64,000 nucleotides of DNA, from the NCBI GenBank assembly GCA_002269645.1, contig NIVC01000131.1:1-64000 (forward strand), given 5' to 3'. The DNA is from Macrostomum lignano. Lineage: Eukaryota. Within the stretch, counting starts at the first letter, position 1, and each line of letters opens with the position of its first letter. Made by a program: the position numbers and the translations under genes. This document shows, one piece after another, positions 26,226 to 36,939 of the stretch. The notes below the pieces were generated by a model. That model was not told the origin of the DNA. It saw only the letters and a list, made by a program, of their open reading frames with translations, and searched no databases.

Positions 26226-28430
26226 CTGGCTTTTCTTCTTCTTCTTCAGCTTCCAGACACGGCTGATTCGACGGGGTCAATAAGGCTGGGGGCATCCCCT
26301 GCTAAAGGCGCCCCATCCTGCGCAGCAGTCCGAGTAAGGCCATTGGGTTCCCCATCAGGTCCTCAACTGGCGTGCCACTAAGAGCTCTCCAACCATCCTC
26401 GCGCGGGCAGTGGAAGATCATGTGGTCGACAGTGTCCTCCACGCCGCAGTCAGGGCAAAGGGGCGACTCGTCGAGTCCCATGCGGTGATGGGTGGCTGCA
26501 TTGATAGTGCTGGCCCCCACCCGGAGCTGGTTGATGAGCACCTGGTGCTTCCTAGGCAGGTCCATGGTGGGAGGCCAGGCCGGTCCCGTGGCGGCGGTGT
26601 CAAGCGCGCGTTTGCAACAGCGGATGGCTGCTTTGGCGGCGCTGAGCTGAATAGGCGCGTGGCTTTGGTCAAGGGCGGCAGCACGGTTGGCCGCCTTGTC
26701 TGCGGCTTCGTTGCTGGCCACACCGCAGTGAGCCGGGACCCAGATGAAGTTGGTCATGATGCCGGCTCTTTGAAGGTCAAGGAGGCAGTCCTAGCAGTCG
26801 ATGGCAACTGAGTCAGACTCAGTGCCATGATGGTGCTTAGACTGTCAGTTGCAATTGTTAGAATGGGGTTGGGGCTGTTCTGGATGAGGCTCAGGCCTTC
26901 ACGGATAGCCGTGAGCTCTGCAGTAAAGCTGCTGCAGTAAGCACTGGCCGTGGCAGTGTGTGCGATGCCGGCTGGTTCCCACTGGGCAATGGCTGCTCCT
27001 CTGCCGCTGCCCGCCCCTTCTCTGACCGAGCCATCGGTCCAAATGACGGCCTGCTGCTCAGCCAGCCAGTCGGTGACCGCTTTGGCATGCTTCGCCCTGA
27101 TGCTAGCTAGCATCGTGCGGCTGCTGATGTCATTCAGCATGGTGTCAAAGGAGATTGTGGAGCTGCCTTCGGTGGTCCATGGTGGCGGGCCAAGCGGGGG
27201 GGGGCACTCTCGGCAGGCTGTCCAGGGTCCTTGTGCAGGGAATTTCCAGGGCTGCTTGGTGCCAGTAGTTGCGGAAGGGCCTGGTTGCTTTGGTGTCCCC
27301 TGCTGGCCTAGGTGGTGGCTGGGCCGCCTGTTCCTGGTCGGTGTTGGCGGTAGTGACTCCGCATTGGCGGCAGCAAGTCTGGGCCTCATAGGCGCGGTTT
27401 TTGAGTCTGGCTTGGTGTCCGGAGTCGATTATCTGCCATGAGGGATATTTGTCAGGCAGTCTGGCCATCCTTTCGCGCAGGTTGCAAGGGCGTTCGAGGG
27501 CAACGTGGCTGATTAGAGGCAAGTTAGCAACTGCTAGGAGGTTGTAGCATTGGGTGGACAGCACGCATCCGGTAATTAGTCGTGCACAGGTGTGTTGCTG
27601 CCTTTCCACCAGCATCCGCATGCTCGGCGCCGCGCAGTTGTACCAGATGGCGCTACCATAGTCAGCCACTGACTGGCAGGTGGCGATATAGGTGGCTCGC
27701 AAGATGTTCTGGTCAGCTCCACTCTGGCGGTCAGTGATCATTTGGATTGGGTGCCGGTAGGCTGCCATACGGCGTCTGCAGTCCTTAGCATGTTCACTAA
27801 ATCCTAGGTGGTCATCCAGTTTGATGCCCAGGAAGACTGGGTGCTGCTCAAGTCTGAGCGGGACTCCATTGATATTGAGTTCCGCCTGGGCCTTACCGCA
27901 GTTCTCGGCAGGGCTCAGGGTGAAGATCGTGTAACTGCATTTCAGTACGCTGAGGTCAACTTTCCAGAGCTGACACTACCTGTATACTGCGTCAAGCGCC
28001 AGCTAGAGTATCGCAGTGCAGTTCTTGAGGTTGCGGTGGCTGGCAAGCAGGGCACTGTCGTCAGCATAGAGGCTCGTGTTCGTCTGCGCCAAGGCAGCCT
28101 GGATCGCCGGCGCAAGGTCGTTCATGTACATGAGCCACAGGAGTGGGGCGAGAACAGAGCCTTGCGGGAGGTTCTGGCAAAATGTCCGCTCCTTGCTGTA
28201 CCGGGAGCCGACTTGGACCCTGGCCCTGCAATCCACGAGAAAGCTATTGATCCATCTGCAGGTGCAGGCAGGGATCCCCAGTTCGGCAAGCTTGGTGATG
28301 AGCACTTTCCTCCACACCTTGTCATTAGCTTGGCTAAAATTGAGCAGGCAGAGGATGCTCTAGAGTGATGATTTGCTTTCAAACCCATCAAAGATAAGCT
28401 GGATCTGGCTGCTGAGGCTGCTGGTACACG
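26226..28430 (-). mobile_element. 5'-truncated LINE (I-group) with RT, RNase H and C-terminal Cys/His knuckle; frameshifted
   Basis: LPQGSVLAPLLWLMYMNDL..YADD; WTDGS..AELTAI..IATDSLS..WVPAHCGVASNEAADKAA; CPDCGVEDTVDHMIFHCP; (GAA)n 3' tail at ~26226-26250. Confidence 0.92.
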
Positions 28431-28629
28431 TGATGATGGTGTTGTGGCTAGCCCAGGCTGGTCTGCTCTAGTTTGGTCACTATGCAAATCATCTTATCAT
28501 AGGTTGGTCTTGTCATTGAATTGTTAGGACCTGCAGCGTCTGTGGCCATAGAATTAGTAGAAGCCATAATGTAACATTTTAATGACTTGTTAAAAGGGTT
28601 TCGGCATTTTGTTATCCCATTTAGCTATC

Positions 28630-28880
28630 CACTAGTGAGGTGGGGCCAGAGAAATAGGTTGGTAGATTGGTTGGTTTGCTAACACCAATGAAGTGGGGTG
28701 GTTTTAACTTTGAATTTCTGCTAGCATTGTGTTTGCACAAATAATTCTGAAAAAATAACATAAACAAACCACAGTGAATTTCTCCTGTTTTACTCCGGCT
28801 GCTGGGGTCTCAAGTCCGGGGGGAGGGTAGTTGTAATTATAGTTGAGCAGTTGTTTAGCAGCATAGTCATTCAAGTGGTA
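28630..28880 (-). mobile_element. Second diverged copy of the 24990-25230 Gypsy-like segment
   Basis: Clear but diverged direct repeat (GGTTGGTTTGCT[G/A]ACACCAATGA..TTTTAACTTTGAATTTCTGCTAG..GAATTTCTCCTGTTTTACTC..GGGGGGAGGGTAG). Confidence 0.6.
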
Positions 28881-29349
28881 CGTTGATTTGCTTAGCTGAT
28901 TACTATTAGTAGGATAGAGCTACCACCACCACAATTTATGTATTATAGAATGTTTCAAGTCTCAAAGCTCTCTTTGAGATGAGAACTATTAACTGTTTTA
29001 GATGGCATTGAGAAAACCCTTTATATATAGGCTACCAACAAAAAATAAACTTGTTTTTTTCTTTCTAGTTTTTACTTTAAAAAGACTAAATAATACTTTT
29101 GCCTTATAGTCATTAAAGACATTTAAACCCACAAATTTTTGGAGAATTAACTATCTTAGAACAAGAATTTGAATATCCAGATTTAGAATTTAGGAAATTG
29201 CCTTTAAGGAAAAATATCTACTAGAATATAGACTATAACCTTTGGATTTTAATAATGTCTAGACTAAGAGAAACCCTCAATAGGAACAAACATAAAGATT
29301 AAACCAAGAATAGGCCTACATGATATAACCATGCCTATGGTTTACCCAC

Positions 29350-29572
29350 GATTCGCTAAATCCCGATTCGCCGATTCCCAATTCGCCGATTCCTGATTCG
29401 CCGAATTCTCGATTCGCCAAATTCCTGACTCGCCGATTCCTGCTCTGCCAAAATTCCTGATTTGCCAAATTCCTGACTCGCCGATTCCTGCTCTGCCAAA
29501 ATTCCTGATTTGCCAAATTCCTGACTCGCCAAATTCCTGACTCGCCGAATTCCTGATTCGCCGATTACCCCA
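29350..29572. repeat. GATTCGCC(G/A)A(A)TTCCT repeat array, probable MULE subterminal repeats
   Basis: About 15 short imperfect copies, 300 bp from the 3' end of the MULE ORF. Confidence 0.7.
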
Positions 29573-29871
29573 TTGACCATCCACTCACACACGCACACAC
29601 ACAGGCGCACCATCAGCTGAACAAGTGCTTCCGGGGATCAGACTTGGAGAAAATTATTATTGTAGTTATATTATTGTAATATTGTATTTTGGATTGTATT
29701 AAAATTGTATTATTTGTATTATTATTATTACTGTAGGTGACAACAGCTGTGGAAAGTTCAGATAAAAGGATAGAAAATATGTAATAAACTCTTGTGGCAA
29801 AAAACTTATTATGTCACGGCAAGAGAAATGTTCAAAGCTGCATGGTTATTATGTCATGGCAAGAGAAATGT

Positions 29872-30216
29872 TCAAAGCTGCAGCTGGTAGCCACAAGCGT
29901 CAAGGAACTGCTCCAGTGTTCTCTGGCCTGCTTGAAACTCGTCCCGGAGTCTTGCAATTGTTGTTGCCAGCCTCTTCGCGCGAGAGCTTTGCCCACTGGT
30001 GACATTGCCAGCGGCTCGTTGCTGAATGTGTGTCTGGCAGTTCCGGAGCTCCTTCACAACCTCGCGCACAAAAGAATGAACGTTGAGACGATGGTTCCCC
30101 GCGACTTGGTTGAGGGCGTGATGACGACCCTCGGCGGCGTTGATGGTCCTGTCGTCATCTTCACCGTAGTGGTTCCACAGTGGCGGTTGAAACTGTGCGG
30201 CCCCGTCGATCCAAGT
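29872..30216 (-). pseudogene. MULE transposase, C-terminal part (split by the Chapaev insertion)
   Basis: TWIDGAAQFQPPLWNHYGEDDDRTINAAEGRHH..; joins in frame to 33590-34670 after removing 30217-33589 and one TSD copy. Confidence 0.9.
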
Positions 30217-33200
30217 CACAGCGCGCAGGAGCTGCGTGTAAGGGTTAAAAAAATCTAGTACAAAGCGACCTGCTTTATTGTGTTCACCATTACCTGGTAA
30301 GTATTTTTCTAGAGTTTTTAAAAAATCTGCCGATGTCAAGCTCCACAATCAGTAAATTATTTAATTAGCATTAATTGCATGGCGAAAGGTCTAAACAAGT
30401 CATGATTTTTTATCCAAGGACCATTGATATTTTAAGCTAGGGTCGTTGCACTATTACATGCATGTTATGTATAGTGTATTATATAATTTTTGTGACAGTT
30501 TATTGTATAAATTCGTGTGCATAGCCTAGAATTGGAAACAATTTATAGTGTTAAATAAATAGAAAGTAAGTTACACATAGTAATAGAAAAGTATAACTAA
30601 AAAACAGCAAGAAATACAGATAGGCGACAAATTTATGTCTTTTCAAATTGTAGAAAAAAAATTTAGTTCTTGGTGTAGCCACAGTTGGAGTAAAGCCGAG
30701 AGAAAATTTGTGGCAGAATGTCCATAGACTATTTCGTGCCATGAGAGTCTAAAACACTGCATGACATAAGAAGCCTTGCTGTGAAGTTTCAGGGGTTGAT
30801 TTGTCTATGACCAGACCTCAAAATAGAGAGCTCCAACTGTAACCTCACCAAAAATTAAACAAAAAACCTGAATTTGTCCCCCATTTGTCAAAACAAGAAT
30901 TTTGGTGCACCAATCGGTTTTAAAGTAACTCGGATATTATTGCACCTTCAACAGAACTGCTTACAGCACAGTAGCCCATTTTACAGATGCCGCGAGCTGT
31001 ACACCGTGATGCACCTGAGCAAACCCCGAGCATACTCCGGATGAGTTGCATCCACCTTGAACCGTTGACTCCACATGTCGCTGAAGTCGCGATGTGCCGA
31101 CTCCATCGCCTGCTCAGACCAAAACCCAAGGCCTCGGCGACACCCATATTGTACTGCCATCGCTTCCAAAAACTGCGGCACGTGGTCAATGAGGGCATGG
31201 GCCTTCGGAGTGATGTTGATGGCCAGAGCGTGGTATGCCGCCTCGAACTCTTTGACTGCTGTATCGTAGCCTTCAAGCAGTTGTTGGCCGAAGCACTTCT
31301 GCTGGACAGCTCGCAGGCAGCTGAATGCATGGGCGACAGGCACTCCGCTGAAGGCAGCGTGGTCAGCGAGGATCTGGCGCAGGCTGTCGACTCCACCAAG
31401 CAGTCGGTCGCACTCATTGCCATTGAACTGGCTGCCATGATACGGTGAGCGCCGTACATAAAGAGCCTCAGCCCACTGTGCAGCACGGACTCCGTCGGGA
31501 CCCAATGCTGTCAGGCGCTGCTCAAGCTCGTCGTACAGCCTGTTGACAAGGCCTAGCAGCAGGTGGAGCTCCATGGGTGGCACGGCTTCTAGCGTGTTTG
31601 AACTGTCTGGCCAATTCAGCAGTGGTTGCCTGATGCAGTTGTAGAATGGCTCTCCTGATGGCTTTGAGCTTCGTTGCCCCTCGATGCGCTGATACTGGGC
31701 AGCTTGGCTGCGAATAGAGCCGAAAGTCCGCAATCTGACACTGCGATGGGGATTGGCGAACTCTTTTCGAGGCGTCTCGCACCACGGGCAGGGATGGGCG
31801 CTGCTGGCGCTCTGCAGTCAAAGAAGCACATTTGCAAGTTTCATGTTCACGGAGCTGCAGAAAGACACGTCTTCTAGGTTCAGCAGATTGAGCACAGTTT
31901 GCACGTTCTCATAGTACTCCGGTACTTTTTCAACTGCTGCGATAATTATTAGCTTCTTTACACCACCTTCGGCAAAAGGGCTGCTGCCGGCCTCGGTGAC
32001 ACCGCCTAGTAGAACAGATGACTGCTCCCCGGACCGGACCAATGTCATGCAAACTTTAAAAAAGCCGCGTCCTCCATCAATACCAATCTTAAGCAGGAAG
32101 CTGCCAGGATCAGGATCCATTCTCCGCCGTGCCAGCACGTAGCCCACCAAGGCAGAGACGTTGGAGCAGAACACAACAGTCCGCGTTTCAAATTCGCCCG
32201 TGCTGCAACGGACTTGGACTGACTCTGTTGCATAAAATGGATCCAACTCGCTATTCAATTCTGCCAGGCGATGCAGGAGGTTTGGCTCGATCGAACTGCG
32301 ACCCTTCCACTCACGGAAGAACTGGGCCGCCTGTCTGGTTTGCCGACCACTCAAACCGATCGCATCCTGCATCCTGGCAATCTCACTAGCCGGCACTGAT
32401 ATGTCACCAAATGCACCCGCGGAGCACCTGCTACTCTGAGCGGACACGCTTAGCGTGATTGGGCGGCCTCGAGTTGCCAGCCGAATAGGCGAATCGCCAC
32501 CTGCGTCTGTTAACTTGGCTTTGAGGACGTCACTAACATGAATTTCTGAACCACGCGGATCACGTGACAGCTCAGAGCAGATGTTATTTAGCCAGCGAGA
32601 TTGCGTACAGGTGTGGCTAAGACCCCTGCCAATGGTGGAGTGACATCTCTGGCAGATTGTGATGGGACGAGCAGGTGGCACCTCCTTGTTTGGCGAATCG
32701 GTTTTCGGTCTGCCAAGGCGATGCGGCTCCGGCTTCCAGGTGCCGAGTCCTTTGCCGATTGGACTTTCTCTGGCAATCTCACAGAGACAGCAGCTGCACT
32801 TCGGGTGGCCCCTTGTTTCCTTTGTCGGTACGACTTTTGAAAAATCAAAAGGGGCAGGAAGAGCTTCAGAAGTTCGATTCCCCCGTTCAATATCCAGCAG
32901 CAGACCCTGGCATCGAGCACATAGAGCAGCTGGGAGAAACTCGTTCTTCAAATCGTAGTTTGCATAAAAGTACCGCTGGATGCGAGGTAGAGCTGCTTTG
33001 CCAATGCGCTGCATGCCTGACCCGCGCTTAAAGCACACAAGGCAGACCTTCAGCCGGTTCTCTTCGTGAGATTTTGAGTAGTTTGGCATGGTGGTGTTCA
33101 GTTCAAGGCTTTTCAATTCCTAAATGCTGAGATGAGCTGATTTATGCTAAATTAATCATTTATATAGCTCAAAAGCAAAAAATCTGCCTGTCTGAGAGTG

Positions 33201-33589
33201 ACGCTAAATGCACTCCATTTTTTCGGTGACGCAACTGACGCTACACGGATAGAGGTTGATCATGCGCACTTAGGGGTGTACGGCGCCTCAGCTTTCGCTA
33301 TTCGTCATGCATGTACACTGTGCCTTGGGGCTTGGGGGTACGCACTCATGGGTGTGTATTTTGCCTTTAATTTAAAAAATCAATGGTCCTTGGATAAAAA
33401 TCATGACTTGTTTAGACCTTTCGCCATGCAATTAATGCTAATTAAATAATTTACTGATTGTGGAGCTTGACATGGGCAGATTTTTTAAAAACTCTAGAAA
33501 AATACTTACCAGGTAATGGTGAACACAATAAAGCAGGTCGCTTTGTACTAGATTTTTTTAACCCTTACACGCAGCTCCTGCGCGCTGTG
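30217..33589 (-). mobile_element. Full-length Chapaev-type (CMC superfamily) DNA transposon
   Basis: About 218-bp near-identical TIRs (30217-30434, ~33372-33589) starting CACAG; 4-bp TSD AAGT (30213-30216, 33590-33593); transposase with H-x7-C-x2-C..P-x3-C-x2-C N-terminal zinc finger. Confidence 0.92.
30981..33089 (-). pseudogene. Chapaev/RAG1-core-like DDE transposase (~700 aa) with one in-frame stop
   Basis: Two ORFs in the same frame separated by TGA at 31818-31820. Motifs: IGIDGG, (N)MKLANVLL*LQSASSAHPCPWC, ELHLLLG, KAHALIDHVPQF, GFWSEQAMESAH. Confidence 0.9.
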
Positions 33590-34670
33590 AAGTAGTAATC
33601 ACATAGTCCATCAATGCGACCACTTGAGCATGATTTGGATGGGCTTGGGCAGGCATGTCTCCAAGGATGAACTGGAAGGCATCTTCCACTCCAGCCAGTG
33701 GCATCAACGGCAGCGCCATCAGACGCCAAACGGTTGCCCTCACCTCGGGGTCACCTTCGTACGCTGCCTTCAATCCAGCGGAGGCAACGCGGCGTAGGAT
33801 GCACTGGCAGAAGTGGAAAAAGCAGCCTCGCAAGGCAGGTTGCGGATAGTGTGGCCACCTACCAGTCGCTGCGTTCATGCTTCCGGCTTCGAAGTCCGTC
33901 AGAATGGTCGTTGCCATGCAGTCATGACCTGTTACTCGACGAACCTCAGCATGGATCAGATCCCAGCATGTCTCATACGTTCTCTGATCCTTTGCGGGAA
34001 GCAGAAAGAAGACAAGAGGCTCCCACGCACCGAGGACCTTGCCGTGAATGATGAACAGCTGGTAGAAGATCTCAGGGCAGCAGCTGAAAGTACCATCAAT
34101 CTGCAACCGTTCGCACTCGCCAAGTCTTGCCAGCAGAGCGTCCGTCGTGAATCCAACGACCCGTGGTCCCGCCAGATTCAATGCGCGCGAGTCCAAAACG
34201 GTGGCAGTGTTGAACACCTCCGCCTCGACCTCGTAGTGCTGAGCTGTCGGAGGCAACGGTGGAACGACCGCGAGTCGAGCGTGGTATGCGGCCGTCTTGA
34301 CGCTGGAGAACGTGGGCACCGTGGCGAGATCTGCACCCTCGGCAGAATTTGTCGCCACCTGGTCTCGGTAGATCCGTGCAATTGGAAGGGCAGATTCTTG
34401 TGCCTGCGCCTTCATTGTCTCGGCAAAAGCTTTGCGCTTGAGAGCGGCGGCCGATGGCGGCGGGTGTTCGTGACTTCCAGACGTCGACGTCACAAACCCG
34501 TCTTCAACTTTGACCCGAGAATTGCAGCGTTCCTCTCGGCACTTGTAGTAGGAAGCCACCAGACTCTTTTTGTCCACGCGATACAGGTAGCCATCGCGGA
34601 GCAGAAGCTGGCCTCCTCGTTCGCTCACTACGAATTCGGCCCTTTCGGGTGCGGGTCCGGCCTGAGCCAT
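33590..34670 (-). pseudogene. FLYWCH-MULE transposase, N-terminal and catalytic part
   Basis: LLRDGYLY..YYKC..C..HEH (FLYWCH); LQIDGTF; YQLFIIHG; PLVFFLLP; ILTDFE; GCFFHFCQ. Confidence 0.92.
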
Positions 34671-35081
34671 AACTAAAATTTACATGGCAGCAGTAGGCAA
34701 CAAAAGGCTATAGCAATAAAATTGGATGTTGGATGGGTAGTGATTTGGTGTAAAGATATGAATTAATAGGTAAGAGGCCCAGTTAGAGAATAAACTCTTA
34801 AATTATATTATAATGTCTCTACTAAAACTATCCTATATACTAAAAATGAAATGTCTGTGTGAGATAGATTTCAGAAATTTTGTACTAAAATTAGCTTATA
34901 TGCAGATTTGCTTAGGTGCCATGGAGCAATTTTTTGTTAGGTGGAGCAAGAGAGTTCCAGTTGTATAAAAATTAATTGCTTTTTTGTTTATATAAGTTGG
35001 CATTGCAAGTGATGCAAATTGTATTCTTTCCTGGAGGTCTTTGACTGCTTTGACCTCTTCTAGATTGCTTTCTAATTGCAG

Positions 35082-35450
35082 ATTCTCTCTCGGTTAATCC
35101 GCGCCGTTCGCTTGAGCAGCAGCCGACGGTCGCTGTGCTCAATTGGCACCGAGGACTATCCATTTCTAGGCGCAGCGGTGCCCCCGCAGTCGGACACTGA
35201 CGGACAGTCGGCCAGTCTGCCCAGCGTCACCACCGTGCTGGACAGGACCCGGCCGCCAGAAAGCGCCATCGCTCTCGCTCGGTGGTTGCGCAAGAAGCAG
35301 GAGGCTCTCGGGCCCGAAGGATTCGCCCGTTACAGGGCCGGGTTGCTGTCGGCTGGCACGCAGCTGCACCGCAGCATCTGGAGCTATCTGGAGTCTGGCG
35401 ACGCCCAGCCAGAGGCTGAAGTGGCCGGCTTCTTTCAATCTGTGCTGCCA
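35082..35450 (+). CDS. MGME1: MGME1 (mitochondrial genome maintenance exonuclease 1), first visible coding exon; no ATG
   Basis: ttgcag|ILSRLIRAVRLSSSRRSLCS (mitochondrial presequence-like)..LPSVTTVLDRT..LARWLRKKQEALGPEGF..GTQLHRSI..GFFQSVLP|gtgagt. Confidence 0.85.
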
Positions 35451-35764
35451 GTGAGTCTGGCTGGGGGCTGATTATTTTGTCGTTTAACTAGAGCCTTTAA
35501 TCGCTGCTGTGAAATACGAGGACTCGGTGACACCCATCAACTAAGGACCTCATGAGACATTCACCAAATCAAATATTCTTTAGCACCTTCAATAGACTAT
35601 CGAGTCATAATTATCACTTAGATACACACCGCATCGCTAACATCGAGACCTACCGTCACTCAAAAATGACTACGACGCCTAGCGTTTCTCTTTTATTTGA
35701 AAAAGACCCCTAATCTAGTCAATATAGTCAACTGGAATAAAGACTAAATGACGCGAATATCCTT

Positions 35765-36290
35765 AACTGGACAAAGACTATATGAATAGTCCGGACAAAG
35801 ACTATATGACAAGAATCTCCACTGGACAAAGACTATATGACAAGAATCTCCACTGGACAGAGACTATATGACAGGAATCTCCACTGGACAAAGACTATAT
35901 GACAGGAATCTCCACTGGACAAAGACTATATGACAGGAATCTCCACTGGACAAAGACTATATGACAGGAATCTCCACTGGACAAAGACTATATGACAGGA
36001 ATCTCCACTGGACAAAGACTATATGACAGGAATCTCCACTGGACAAAGACTATATGACAGGAATCTCCACTGGACAAAGACTATATGACAAGAATCTCCA
36101 CTGGACAAAGACTATATGACAGGAATCTCCACTGGACAAAGACTATATGACAGGAATCTCCACTGGACAAAGACTATATGACAGGAATCTCCACTGGACA
36201 AAGACTATATGACAGGAATCTCCACTGGACAAAGACTATATGAGAGGAATCTTCTCCACTGGACAAAGACTATATGATGGGAATCTCCTA
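35765..36290. repeat. 31-bp intronic minisatellite (CTCCACTGGACAAAGACTATATGACAGGAAT)
   Basis: About 16 copies in the MGME1 intron. Confidence 0.95.
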
Positions 36291-36413
36291 AATTTACAAA
36301 GACTCAGGGATGTGAATCTTCTGCACTAAACAAAGACCCCTCATGTTATAGCACATATTCTGCTCGCAATTCTTTCTGCAAAATTGTATCCCATATATCT
36401 GCAAACCCTACAG

Positions 36414-36863
36414 ATTCTGCGTTCAGTTGAATCCGTGCAGTCGCAGGAGGCGCTGGTGGTCCACCAGCAGCTGGGCTACAAAGGCCGACTTGATTGCCTA
36501 GCTCGACTGCGCCCAGACGAAGGCGACGTCAACAGCGGAAGGCAGCGGCCGGAGCTGCTGATCGAATGGAAAACGGCGCACGAACGCAAAATTGCCGGCC
36601 TGAAAGATGCCTACGATGCGCCGCTGCAGTTGGCCTCGTATCTGGGCGCGCTTAATCAAATGCGGCGCTGTTGTCATGGCAACGAGGATAGCTTGCCGCC
36701 AGTTGATTCGGCTATTCTGGTCTATGCCTATCCGGACGGCTCGCCGGCCGCCTGCCTTCGGCTGGGCGTCGACCAGCTGCTGCCGGCCTGGTCAGCCTGG
36801 CTGCACCGGCTGCGTGCCTTCCAGCTGGCTCAGGATCGGGCGGCTGCCAAGCTGACTCGGTGA
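36414..36863 (+). CDS. MGME1: MGME1 terminal exon (PD-(D/E)XK nuclease motifs)
   Basis: tacag|ILRSV..EALVVHQQLGYKGRLDCLA..LIEWKT..YDAPLQLASYLGALN. Confidence 0.9.
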   Translation: MLRSVESVQSQEALVVHQQLGYKGRLDCLARLRPDEGDVNSGRQRPELLIEWKTAHERKIAGLKDAYDAPLQLASYLGALNQMRRCCHGNEDSLPPVDSAILVYAYPDGSPAACLRLGVDQLLPAWSAWLHRLRAFQLAQDRAAAKLTR

Positions 36864-36939
36864 TTGGTTGCTGCGGCTCTCGTGTGTTTCACTGCGCTTT
36901 CTGCCGGGGTTCTTTTAGTAGCAGGACTGTCGAATCTCC

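Noticed and set aside
30217-33589. Calling the element Transib or ProtoRAG
   Set aside because: TSD is 4 bp (AAGT), not 5; TIRs are symmetric; no RAG2-like ORF lies between the left TIR and the transposase stop.
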